A stretch of DNA of 64,000 nucleotides from Trichoplax adhaerens. Lineage: Eukaryota > Animalia > Placozoa. The stretch lies in NCBI RefSeq assembly GCF_000150275.1, contig NW_002060947.1, positions 7,177,880 through 7,241,879 of the forward strand, written 5' to 3'. The notes under the pieces are model-generated. The model had not been told where the DNA came from. It worked only from the letters and a program-made list of their open reading frames with translations, and did not search any database. The translations under genes were made by a program, and so were the position numbers. Shown here one piece after another: positions 1-12,166 of the stretch (positions within the stretch are counted from its first letter, which is position 1; each line of letters starts with the position of its first letter).

Positions 1-2279
1 GATTTCAATTAGAATAGCTAATATAATTACGTAGAATACCGGTATGTATCGTCTTGAGTAAAATGTTTTGTTACAAGGTCAAATATCGCTTCGTTTAAAA
101 TAGAATAAGAAATTGATTTCCTAACGAATCTCAATAGGTACTGATATAATTATAATCTGTTGTAATAATGTTATTAACCTCTTACCCAATTTATATTATC
201 AACTGATCTATTTTATGTTTGGATCGGTCATTAAATAAAAGTAAAATGAAATACGTTAAATGTCAAAATTAAAAATCTCTCCGTAGTTATTTACGCATCT
301 TTATCACAAACCAGCTCTGTCATAAGATAACGAAATAGCTCAATTTATAAGTTCTTTCCTTAAACTACGTATCAGGGCACTGAAATCCGTCTAAGACAAG
401 CTTAGGAACACTTTTCTCTAATTCCACAGATTCTCAATAATTTGAACGTCTTTGACTTTGCGTTAAGCACTACAATCAAGAACTAACTTTATTATCTAAA
501 ATGAAGGGCTCTAATACCTCTTTACAGTAGATAGAGGTTATAGATAATATCAAAAGTAGTTAAATAATTAGCTATTCTATTTATATCTAAATGCTTAATT
601 ACTACGGCTATGTTTATTAAGAATATCGATATTCGATGACTGATATAAGACAGTTAGATTATAATATGCCAATTCACAGAATCATCAAAACGCAACATAA
701 ATTCTAATATCGGTCAGATACAATCATATTTTACGGTACAAGGTACCGGTATGTAAAGTATAACTGTCTCGTAAACTAAATGAAGATATGCTACCAAACA
801 TTGCTAACTTCTCTATGGTAAGATATCTTCGTGATAATCTTTCAAAAATTTAGTTGCTTAGAAAAGTCATAAAATAACATAGATCTTGCGACTACAAGAT
901 TTCATCTGAGCAGGAGAATAGTTAACATTATTTAGAACTATACTTTGTTATAGACAAGTTTATAAAAAAATAATAGCAGGTATAATAAACTACTTGGTGT
1001 TGATAGATTATGAAGATTTCATTTAAATTCCAACAACACAACAGTAAGAATTTAAAACAACCAACTGAATCTCTCTGAATTTTGGTAATGTAGATTAGAG
1101 TGATAGTTATTATAATATTCATGAACTTATGTTTAAAATTCAGTATGCAATTCGGCGATGAATACATGGAAGACTACAAAAAATTTGGATTAAGATGTAT
1201 AACTTGCTTCGATATCAGAGGATTATCACATCTGTTGGTAGCATGAATTAATTAAAGTAATAATTATTTTCAGTAGAAAAAAGTGAACTAGCAGCAGGCT
1301 TACAATAGTATTTCATGTTACTACCACATAATTTTTTTCTTCTTATTATTAATATACTATTAGATCGGCAGCACAAGGCGCTAACCAATCACTAATTCTA
1401 GTAATGTTTGCCTTAGATAGTTCTTTAACCTTATTGGTCTAATACTGTTTACAGAACTAGTCAGTTTTGATATTTTCATGTGTTATGATATGGCTAATTT
1501 ATCTGCTGTAGCTGGGATCTATTAAAAGCCGGCTGTTCTTTTTGCTTAATTTAGAGGACTAAGATAGTGCTTGTATTGCTAATTCATCGTAGAGATGTAA
1601 AGTTAACGATGATTGTTAAGCAAAGAAATGTGATTTTGTTACATGTAAAAGTAGTGATAATTAACTTACATATACGAGCATATATTGATATGTTACGAGC
1701 TAAGATCAATCCTAACTTACAATATAGGTTGAGAGTGTGTTTTCGGATCTGCACTGCTGTGAATTGAAATACTAATTAATTTCTATGTAGATGTAAGTAA
1801 AATTTAGCACAGTGAGGTCTCGGATCTCTCTAGAAAATCACAATCTATCTCATTACGAGCGAGGCCGTAGCTTCTATAGGTTCATGTACCTAAAGCCGAC
1901 TTAATTATACGATTTATCTCGTCTTTTAGAAATCAATCAAATTAATACTGTGAAGAGTCTCAATTTATACGGATTAAACAGTCTAATCCTGTTCAATTTA
2001 CTGTGTCAGTATTCATTTACGACCAGGGATTACTTATTTCTATATGAATTGATAAAGTTACGAAGTTATTTATTTGATTTATTTACGTTCTTGTGACTAA
2101 TCGTAATGTCAACATTACGTAACAGCGCAGAATTAGAGCTAGCTTTGAAATTTAATATTGTTAAAATCTTTATCCAGGCATCGATTAAATCACATAGTGT
2201 TCGGATGATTATTGAATATAGTGCTACGCTAGATCTTTACTATATATTCGTATACATCATTATGTGAAACTAAACTAGA

Positions 2280-2329
2280 NNNNNNNNNNNNNNNNNNNNN
2301 NNNNNNNNNNNNNNNNNNNNNNNNNNNNN
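2280..2329. other. Assembly gap (50 N)
   Basis: Run of 50 n characters. Confidence 0.99.
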
Positions 2330-3679
2330 TATATTTATTTTAAATTTGTGTGGATTCATAATTCAGGTCACCTGATGTTGGAGTGTTTACTTTTACGAAT
2401 TACAATAATGACGATGCTATCGATAAATAGTATTTAATAGCTACGCGAGATTAAATTACTTGAGCCAATAATTTAATAAAGTCAAGAACTATTTTATATA
2501 GTCGTCAAATTCTTGCTTATTTAAAAAGCTAATCAGTCAATTTATAAAATAACCAAGTCGGTAGTTATTTTATGAAGTAAGCCAGGTCGCTTTGGATGTT
2601 AAAGTGTTTACTTTCACAAATTAAAATCATGGCGAAGTACTATGACTACTTTTTATAACACAGAAGCTACTTCTAACGACAGTTAAGCGCAGACTCTAGC
2701 CTTCACTAAGATCTAACTAGAAATCTGCTGATTTTAAAAGGTTACTCACTTTTATACCTTCCATCTATTTGCGAGCAGCTACAGCATAAATATGCATAGA
2801 AGTCAATATTAATAAAAAATATCAGCTATCGTGTATTATTATACCTAAATTAGTATCGCTTTAAGCTCTGCTTTAAAATACGTTAGAGCACGCTCATAAC
2901 ATGCAATTAACCATGATCAGAACACGATCTGACCTTTGAGCTCTTTTATAAATTAGATATCTAACTTATTACCAACAATCCATAAATATATGCGTATATG
3001 TGATATATGCCGATTGCGTATATACGCAATGCCGATCACGAAATTCCAAATTTTGGAAAAATAAGGGCTTTATTGAATCTTATACAAAGATTAAGTAAAC
3101 ATAGCTCTACTCTAACCGAATACTACTACTAACGACTTCCAGAACGAACTAACAGAATAATCTAAAGTTGCATGCTTTTATACTTTTCGTAGCATTCGCA
3201 GCTACAATCCGCATGGCAACCTTTTACCTTATTTTACTCATAGTTAAATATTTCTTAGTAACATCATTCTACTGCGGACCATCATTAATCTGATATGGAT
3301 ACGACTACAGTATTTACGTAGACATTATTCACCTCAGCCAAAGTATAATGAACTAACTTTATCCTAATATATGATTTACAGTTCTATTTTTACCTATAAC
3401 CTTATTAGTAGCTCAACACCTTACTGTATATGGTCATCTATACTCTAGCATAGAGTCTATACTACTACAGCCTATAGTTATGGTTACCAAATATCTCTTA
3501 GGATAAATATCTACCGTATATTATACTAAACATGGCTAACAGTCTACAATCGCAATACTAATTTACATTACAGTATAATATAACTCGTCGCAATACGAGT
3601 ACGATAACAGATGCTATACATAGATAGCATTTAGTAGTTATGCTAGGCCAAGTTTTAAGTATCAAACCGTTATTCGTTT

Positions 3680-4060
3680 AATAAAGCTAACTAGTCAATT
3701 TATAAAATACCGTAACTAAGTCGGTAGTTATGTTACAAAGTAATGCAAGCCGCCTTAGTTAGTTTATGAAATATTATAACCATAGCAGTTTTATGAAGTT
3801 ACCAAGAAGTTACAGATAATTTATGAAATAACTCTCGATGGTTATTCTATAAAAAAGTCCTTAATTAATTTATAAAATAATCAAGGCGATGGTTATTTTG
3901 GTTATTTTATAAAATATTAACCAAAGCAGTTTTAAAAAGATACCAAAGAGTGAATGAATGATTTATGAGCCATTTTTGGATGGTTACCATATTTTATAAA
4001 TATTATGTGTTACTTTATATAATAATTAAGCTGACAGTTATTTTATGAAATAATTAATTC
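3680..4060. repeat. Degenerate AT-rich repeat region; first part also copied at ~2520-2600
   Basis: Recurrent TTTAT(A/G)AAATA and GGTTATT motifs; aaagctaa..agtcaatttataaaata..aagtcggtagttat occurs at both ~2525 and ~3683. Confidence 0.6.
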
Positions 4061-4074
4061 AGTAAATTTGATTT

Positions 4075-5255
4075 AAAGCTACATCGCTTTTAATCGAAGG
4101 AATTTTACATCCAAAATGTATACCGTGCCTTTGATATCATAACACTCTACAGTAAGAGTACGTCAGATCAATGATCTTTACTCTCATTTAAAATGCTTGT
4201 TAAAGAACTGCATTAATCGTAGTTAGTCCGGTAGCGGTTTAATTACGTCTACTTAATTGATAAATAGCATTTAATAGCTGCATCACTTCTAATTGAAAGA
4301 ATTATTCGTCAAGGCGGTATACCGTGCCTTTGACATCATAATACATCAGATATCGATCGACGACCCTCATTCTTATGTAAAACATTTATTTAAAAACTGT
4401 ATGAACTCGCATATACTGGCTGTCACGAGTGATGTGCTTGAAGCTGTATTGCTTTTGTTATTAATTAATTGTTTACCTGCATTAATTAATTGCCTGGGGC
4501 TTTAAAAATTGTAATAATTAATGGAGTGTTAATTGCAATTACAGCCTACAATGTTGTGAAATGGTATTATTGTGCTTATGTGTCAAATCATTAGTAGCTG
4601 TTAATTAATTAATTGCAATTAAGGTTGCTTACAAATATTTAGCTATAGTGAACTATATAACTTATTGGTAAACAATTTCTCATACTAATGTAAGTAAATC
4701 TCGTATAGCAATATTGCACAATTGCTTATATGTGCACCACTTATCACCACCGAAAACTATAAAAGCCTGAGCAGCAGCTCTGCTAAAAAAAATCAGTTAG
4801 TTCCTCAGCTCTTGTTATATAAACAAGTATCTGCTTTAACTTAATAAACTTAATTTACAATTTTTATTAGAGTAACTTTATACCTGTGTGGTTGTATCTT
4901 ATAATAGATCTCCATCACTACGAAAGAAGTAGACTTATTCTAGTAGATTTGTATCGTTCGCAGTGTTACTTAAATAGTGACAAGAGAGATACTGCCACAG
5001 TGTATGTAATTGATGTTATACCCGATCGTGGTGCTTAATTACCTCTGCTTAACTGATAAATAGCATTTAATAGCTGCAACGCTTTCTAATGGAAGAAACT
5101 ATTTGTCAAGGCAGTATTCCGTGCTTTCTGGCATCATAATACATCGAATTCATGACCTTCGTTCTTAAGTAAAGTGCTTGTTCAAGAACTGTATTAAAAT
5201 TGTACATACAGGCTAGACAATGTCAGCGGATCGTGATGTTTAATTACGCCTACTG
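4075..5255. repeat. Three diverged copies of a ~200 bp repeat (~4075-4240, ~4240-4440, ~5035-5255)
   Basis: Shared blocks tgataaatagcatttaatagctgca (copies 2 and 3), ccgtgc..atcataa and ttgtt.aagaactg.attaa, aligned by eye. Confidence 0.7.
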
Positions 5256-5396
5256 CAATTGCATCTATCAATCTTCTTTAATTCTTTTATTAAGATGTAA
5301 ATGAAATGGATAAATTCCATTAGTACAGTCAATAACTATAGCATTATTTGATAATATTCTAATTGCTTCTAGCATTATTTAAATTTGACAGAAGCA

Positions 5397-5404
5397 TATA
5401 AAAG
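5397..5404 (+). promoter_or_regulatory. TATA box of the serine protease gene
   Basis: TATAAAAG followed by a short non-coding exon ending at a GTAAGT donor (5489); acceptor AG at 5733-5734 just before the ATG. Confidence 0.65.
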
Positions 5405-5735
5405 CTCTGTACTCATGCAATTTTCTTATCATTTCGTATTTTCCTCAGTGCGTTGAAGCGAAGAAGGATCGTTTGATTTGATTTCCAAGTAAGTATTAAG
5501 CTGCCGTTCTACTTATCCTTGGTAGAAATGTGTGTGAAATAGAGTTTAATTCTTTTAGCTTCCGGAGTTGTAAAGTAGCTTCAATTATCTATGTCAAATT
5601 ATACTCTTATTTCTGTTACTGTTATAAAGTGTAATAAACTTTGCTAGAGTTTTGTTATTTTCATTCCTACATACTTAAAAACATTGAATCATTGCATTGA
5701 TTTTTTTACTTTTATTAAAACTTACAACATAAAGC

Positions 5736-8564
5736 ATGAAGACCGCTATCATCTTTTGCGCTTTATTTGCCGTGACCTTTGCAGCAGGTAAATTTTACTA
5801 GTACCATTCTAATAGTGACAGTAAAGATGTCAAGTAAAATTGTTATAAATTTACCGTACTTGATGCGTAAAACAACGCTTTAAACGCAATCCAGTATTAG
5901 GCAATAGTTTATTAAGTCAATTTATTTCTATCCGTCTATTTTTGCAGTGTTGGTATACAATTGTATACTCCAATGACTGATAATTGGTTTAAATTCATTG
6001 TTTAAGCTGAGATTTTGATCATTACTCTTTTATGTTGATGTTTATAACTCTCCAATTGGTAATCCATATTTCTAATATGTTATTTCTATATTCTTACTAA
6101 CACTGTAGTTCGTCCAGTGCCATTTGACTTGAATTACTATTTCGAAACTGGTAAGTTGATGATGTAATATTTTACTATAGCTACGTAATTCTGATATGTA
6201 TCGTGAGGATAAGCCAAACAACAATAATATAAGTTATGCATCGATAATCATACATTGACTAACTTAATGAGATGTAAGAAAGAAATGAAAGAAAGTCCTC
6301 TATACTATTTGTATAGGATAGAAGAGTAGTATTTAAATGACTAATGATAGTCGTTCACTATCATGGTTACTTATAAGAGATACCAATTGAAATTGGACTT
6401 AGAACAGTATGTAAAACAAACAAAATTACAATTTGTTTAATTTAGCTATTCCTGTAACTGTCGACATGTTTTTTTACATTAGAAGCGTATCTCATTATCA
6501 TGGTTATGCTATTACTTGAACGCTATTCGTCGTCGATTCGATTGTATTGTAGTTCTATCGAAGCAATGAAACTAGTACAGTAAAATTGCAATTCAAGTAG
6601 TGTCATATTGTACTCTGCTTATGCTTCAAACAGTGTGCAAAACAAATTAAATTGCAATTTATTTAATTTCGCTCATAGTAACATAGCTACGACTCTCGGT
6701 ATTTCGATATTACTACAGCATTATATCATCACTATGCTATTACTTCAATACCATTCATCGTCGATCACATAGCGTTCTAGTTCCATCCGAGCAATGCAAC
6801 TGTAAGACAGTGTAATATTGTATTCTAAGTTGATGATATATGTAGTAATGTCTATTGTAGGTGTTGTGTTCAACATGTGATAGATATTCTCGTTAGAAGC
6901 TTTAAGTATTAAATATAGCTAGCTTAGTAACTGTAATTCGTTTGAAGAGGAGCGCTACAGTGCTCACATTAGAGCTTCACATGAAAGGTGTAAACTATCC
7001 TGTATTTGAGATGCTAATACTGAAGTGCGTAGTAAGTAAGGTGCTAAGACTGTAAACGCGGAAAAATATATCAGCGAGTAGTTTAGTAAGATAGTTCTTT
7101 CTCGTTAGAGGTCCTCAGCTAATCGATAACGTTGTATCTTCATAAAGGAGGTTTTGTTTCATAAATCTTAATTTTCTAAAGTTTTGAAGATTCTTGATCT
7201 ATCAACCTCACAGCAACTTATGCAGTCAAGTCGTAGTTTAAATAGTGTAATAGTTTAACTCTGTAGATGAAGAATCGGCTAGTCAAATAGTTTTTATCCC
7301 AATTCGTTCACTTATTTCAACGTTCGTCCATTTAATAGTATGAAATAACATTGTACGACATTACAGTTGAATACAACCCGAAGGTGATTACTGCACCTGC
7401 CAGGAGAAATACAGACAGAATTATTGGTGGTGAAAATGACGTGAAAGGCGAACACCCATACCAGATCTCTTTGCAAAGAAAAAATTCTTCTCAGCCTTGC
7501 TTATTCCACCACATATGCGGTGGTTCCATCATTAATCAGCAGCATATTTTGACTGCTGCTCACTGTGTTGACAGCGGTAAAGTATCTGACTTCAGAGTAG
7601 TCGCTGGTGAATACGATCTCAGCAGAAATGAAAATACTGAACAAATCATTCCTGTCATTAAACTGTAAGAAATCGATGTCTAAGACGTTATAATTTATCA
7701 TTAAATCTAGAACTAAATAGGTTACTCGTTATTCCATAATTATAATATGAATTACAATTATTGGATAGCATGATGAAGCATATTGCTTCTTTGCCATCCT
7801 TTGCAGTAACAATCATCTTAGGCTTTATAACGCGGATCGATAAAAATATCCTTGCGTGACCAAGTCTTCTCTGACATTTTATTTTTCATAGTATCATCCG
7901 TAGCGATTGGAATCTAACTACGCTCAACAATGATATTGCTGTCGTTAAATTGGCCAGCAAATTGACCTACAATAGCTATGTTGCTCCTATCGCGTTGGCT
8001 TCTGTTACTCCACCAACCAATACAGCAAGTCAGGTTGTTGGATGGGGATTAACTAATTATGTTCGTAAAACTAGACCTAACATTCTACAAGTATTGGACG
8101 TCAAAAGAACATCGGACAGTGACGCTGCCGCAATAAGCAGTAAATACAATAATTTTACTCAAGTCGCAGCTACTACTAATATATTCTGTGAGGGACTCTG
8201 CAAGAACGACAGCGGTGGTCCACTTGTATTCAAACAGAATAACCAATACCTGCAATATGGCGTCGTTAGCTACGGCTTACTCCGTAAGTTTGAATGAACA
8301 TGATTATTATTAGAACGTGATTAACTCAAAAGATTGCTGTGTGATAATCAACTAGCGGTTGTACTATACATTCGCCAAATGGAATGTTGGATAGCCCATG
8401 TATTTCACTTTGAAAGTCTTACGGCATGAAGGAATATTATGACTAATTAATTACTAATGTTCATTTTGAATATTTTTCTTACAGCTTGCGGATTGTACCC
8501 TGCTGATTTCTATGCCCGCGTTTCTTCTTTCAAGGCCTGGATCGAAGATAACTCCCGAATTTAA
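5736..8564 (+). CDS. Secreted S1A (chymotrypsin-fold) serine protease, 287 aa, 5 coding exons
   Basis: Phase-compatible GT-AG exons 5736-5787, 6109-6150, 7367-7664, 7892-8283, 8485-8564. Signal MKTAIIFCALFAVTFAA, activation site NTDR|IIGG, triad motifs TAAHC, NDIAVV, CKNDSGGP, C-terminus FYARVSSFKAWI; AATAAA at 8688-8693. Confidence 0.95.
6400..6830. repeat. Diverged ~225 bp tandem duplication in protease intron (between coding exons 2 and 3)
   Basis: cagt.tg.aaaacaaa..aaatt.caattt.tttaatt at ~6406 and ~6631; atgctattactt.aa..tcgtcgat..agcaatg.aact in both copies. Confidence 0.7.
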
Positions 8565-10680
8565 TCTGCCACATGGATCACGTAGTTATGTTACGGCATC
8601 ATTAAAAGGATAAAACCTTAATAGTTAAATTTCTACGGTTTTAGATACAGTACATACGTCGACAATAGGTTCTGTAGCTTAATTCAAAATAAAAAGGCAT
8701 TTTTTTCATATGATTCAATGTAGTATTAATTTTGATGTCTTTTGACAAGCGTTAACTTATTGAAGATAATCCCAATTCTATATGAGAAGGATTCTATTTG
8801 AATGAAATCGTAAATGCGTGCATAGCAAGGAGTCATCTATGTTATGAAAAATATGGCGTACTTTACTATTACCCTTGTACTGGATTGCTTAGTCAGTCAA
8901 ACAACGCGTAAGAATAATCAACTATAGAAGGTCAAGAAATTCGTGTTCGTAATGATATATCAAATAATTAGGTTCTTGTCAATCCATTTTTGTCCTGCTA
9001 TGGATGACAGTAGAGTATAGATTTTCAAAGAGTTGTTACTTCATACGTCCAAGATGAGTCTTTTGAAAGTAGATTGGCTTATTCTATGGATATTTTATAA
9101 CTAGAATGATATCAATCTAGCCATAAAACATAGTAACATCTACTTTGTCAGGCTATCTAATTTTTCTACGCTTAATAAGGTTAATTCAAGGCAGAAACCA
9201 TTACTAATAAAATTAAGGCTAATTAATCAGAATTTTGTGTCTATCTTGGATATTATTTATTTATTTTTATAGCAATAAGAAGTTATTTGTAAGTTTCAGA
9301 CTTCGCCTCTGGTACACATCAATGAGTTATCTAGCCATATTAATAGTAAATTACCTACGTAGATTATCTTGCTATTTAATGTACAGTACCTGAATTAAGT
9401 GATCATTGAAAAGAAAGCTTCTACAGATGTGGTGTTACTTTAATATGCCGGTATCGATCTATTTTATATCGGTGAAATTGTAACTAAAATAGCTCGATCT
9501 GGTCTATTGCAGTCTATCTCTCTAGCGTAACATCTTGACTTTCCGATAATATTTCCAATCGAAAATGGATACAAGTATAGCAAGGATTAATTCTCTGAGA
9601 GCTAACATTTTCTCTTTGCAACTGTTACCGCCTAGTCCGAATGGTAAATAGGAGAAGATATCAAAAATTTGTTTCTCCTTCAATGAATCCGTCTGGATTC
9701 AATGTAAATGAGCTTTGTCATAATTTTTCAAGCCTAATAAGTAGATAGTTTTCATACTTACTAGTAACTTATATCTTACTATACAGTACAAGCTATCACA
9801 GTATCATGATTGTAAGCAGCTATAGGGCAATAAAGTATTAGAAAATGCTTAGAATATTGTTCCAGTAGTACATCGATAACGACATCATGTTAGTTACCTA
9901 CATGCACTAATGTACTTTTAATTGATAATAAATAGATGCGCTATAACATAAGATTACTTCCCGAATTCAACAATAATGTAACCATAGGCTATTTTGTCTC
10001 AAATTAGGCAAGGCTAATTAGTGTGTGATAGCTAGACTTACTTAGAAACCCCCTAGTTCCTTTCTGGATAGAATAATCTCCAGTAATATCGTCTGAATAT
10101 CATTTTTCGACTAAGAAGCTAATATTACTTTTATGCTATTTTTCTATTCATTAAAGATTCGTTAATTATTCAACTTATAAATGAATCAAATTTAAGTTTC
10201 TCTAATTACAATTCTACACCTATTAAGAATAAATGCAAAATTTTTTGTAAGCACGATAAAGTAATCTTTAATTAAGATTGACATCGTTCGTCATATTCTG
10301 TAATTAGATTCGTGTTGGAACAAGGCACCGTGTTTTTAACGATTACCGTAGAATGATGGAATGGCACAATGATAAAATTAATCTTTAGTAATGCAAAGGG
10401 TTCAATAGATTGATGTAATACATAGAAAGCGTATTATTAACATCTTTGCATCGCTACATCTTGATGAGGAAAATAGAAGCAGGATATTAACGTTGTTTAC
10501 AATCTTACAGGTATACCTGTAAATTATCGAGAGATTAGATCATAAATCAATTAAAGCATCGAAACTAAGACCATAATTACGGCAATTAAATTGATGCCAT
10601 TATCTACTCGTACACGGCAGCATTGGTATGTTAATGCTTTAGTAAATAATACAACATATTTGAATGATAAAAGAGTAAAA

Positions 10681-11270
10681 AATAATTTACAACACTGAAA
10701 AAGTACAGTAAAGCTTCAGATAGTTTTTGATGATGTGGTAAAAAATTGGAAGTAAATACTTTGCGATTGATATTTATTGATAATTTACACCATTTAAAAC
10801 TATAGCAAGGTTGCAGGTAGTTCTTCGATCATGACGTAAATATTTAAAGTAAACGACTTGCTACGGATCGTTATAAAAGATAATTTACATTAGTAAAATT
10901 ACGATCAAGCTTCAGATAATCACGTAATAAGGTAGTAAATTACTGAAATTACTAAATGGCTTGCTGTGGATAGTTATAAAGGATAATTTACATAATTAAA
11001 AGTACGGTAAAGCTTCAGATAGTTCCATAATGATATTGTAAAAAACTTAAAGTAAATACCTTACTATAGATATTTATAGAAGATAAATGATATCATTAAA
11101 AAGTACAGTAAAACTCCATATAGTTCTTCGATCATAAGGTAAAAAACAGGGAGTAACTGCCTAGCTATGAGTAGCTATAAAAGATAATTCACAACATCCA
11201 TAAGTATAGTAAAACTCTAGATAGTTTTGCAACGATATTGCAAAAATTTCAAAGTAAATGCCTTGCTATG
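10681..11270. repeat. Degenerate tandem array, ~100 bp unit, about 6 copies
   Basis: ATAATTTACA-like anchor at ~10682, 10780, 10880, 10983, 11083, 11184, each followed by aagtacagtaaa.ctt.agatagtt..aagtaaat..ttgcta variants. Confidence 0.8.
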
Positions 11271-12022
11271 CTATAGTAATAGTACTGGTACTGCAAGAAT
11301 CGAATTTACCACGTATAGAGCTTATTCTAAATTATAAAATTATTTATAAGTATGTTACAGACAATCTCGGCAAGGCAGCGTTCAAAAGCGTTTTCTGTGA
11401 AAGCATTCTCTCGGAATGCACACAATTATAAGGGATTGCCTAGGATTACCGATAATATAGTGAAAGTATGTAAATGCAGAGACATTCATAAAGGATTTCC
11501 TAGGATTACTGACAATTTATAAGCGTTCCTGGGAATTATTTTCTTTTTAAAAGCATCATTTAGCATTGAACGGTAGCACAATTTAAATACGCCATAGAAA
11601 AGGCCCTCATTGGCAAATATTGCTTATCAAAATTGAAATTTTTTTCTGAGATTGCTACACATTAGATTCATTCATAATAACCCCGATTATTCAAATACTT
11701 AATATTCAAGAACATTCCCACAGAATACTCTGCCAGCATTGCTTATTTTAGAAGTGCTGTTATCTTCACATCGTTGCCTATATACAGTATTGTAATAGCT
11801 AGAGCTGACTGATATAATCTATAACTGATGCATTGGCTATCGAAAATTTTATAAATAAATATCTCTTAACAACCAGGCACCCATAGGAAATAACGTTTAT
11901 GCTAGGGTAGCAATAAATATAGCACAGTTCTTGTTGACATGGTTAATAATGAAATACGAAAGCAAGCTTGGCTTTATATTAATATGATCAATAATCACTG
12001 ACCATGCGGTATTAACAAAGCA

Positions 12023-12030
12023 TATAAATA
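12023..12030 (+). promoter_or_regulatory. TATA box of the Cys-rich secreted protein gene
   Basis: TATAAATA in the context aagcaTATAAA, 144 bp upstream of the ATG; branch-like CTAAC (~12131) and acceptor TTCCAG (12156) suggest a 5'UTR intron. Confidence 0.5.
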
Positions 12031-12166
12031 CTTGATAAATTGTCATCATCGTGTAACTCAAAGCGGAAAAAGCATTGAAACTTTGGCTAAAAAGGATTAC
12101 TGTAATTGACCTCAACATCTCTATCCTTGACTAACTCATCCACTTCTCGTTTCCAGCTGTCAAAAC

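Noticed and set aside
928-1767. ORFs 928-1167 (-) and 1567-1767 (+)
   Set aside because: Short, composition typical of AT-rich non-coding DNA, no motif or convincing splice context.
2999-3340. Solo-LTR-like look (TGT start, minus-strand TATAAAAG and AATAAA); similar impression at ~1481-1842 and ~20326-20722
   Set aside because: No target-site duplication, second copy, primer-binding site or internal ORF found.
7501-7701. Antisense or alternative-frame ORFs overlapping real exons (also 12600-12812, 31415-31606, 40353-40544, 44122-44337, 44872-45063, 47520-47786, 49110-49307, 63383-63583)
   Set aside because: Shadows of coding exons on the other strand or frame.
10681-11270. Regularly spaced repeats as a CRISPR-like array (also 24125-24460, 60910-61530)
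   Set aside because: Whole units are homologous and degenerate with no unique spacers; eukaryotic context and no cas genes.
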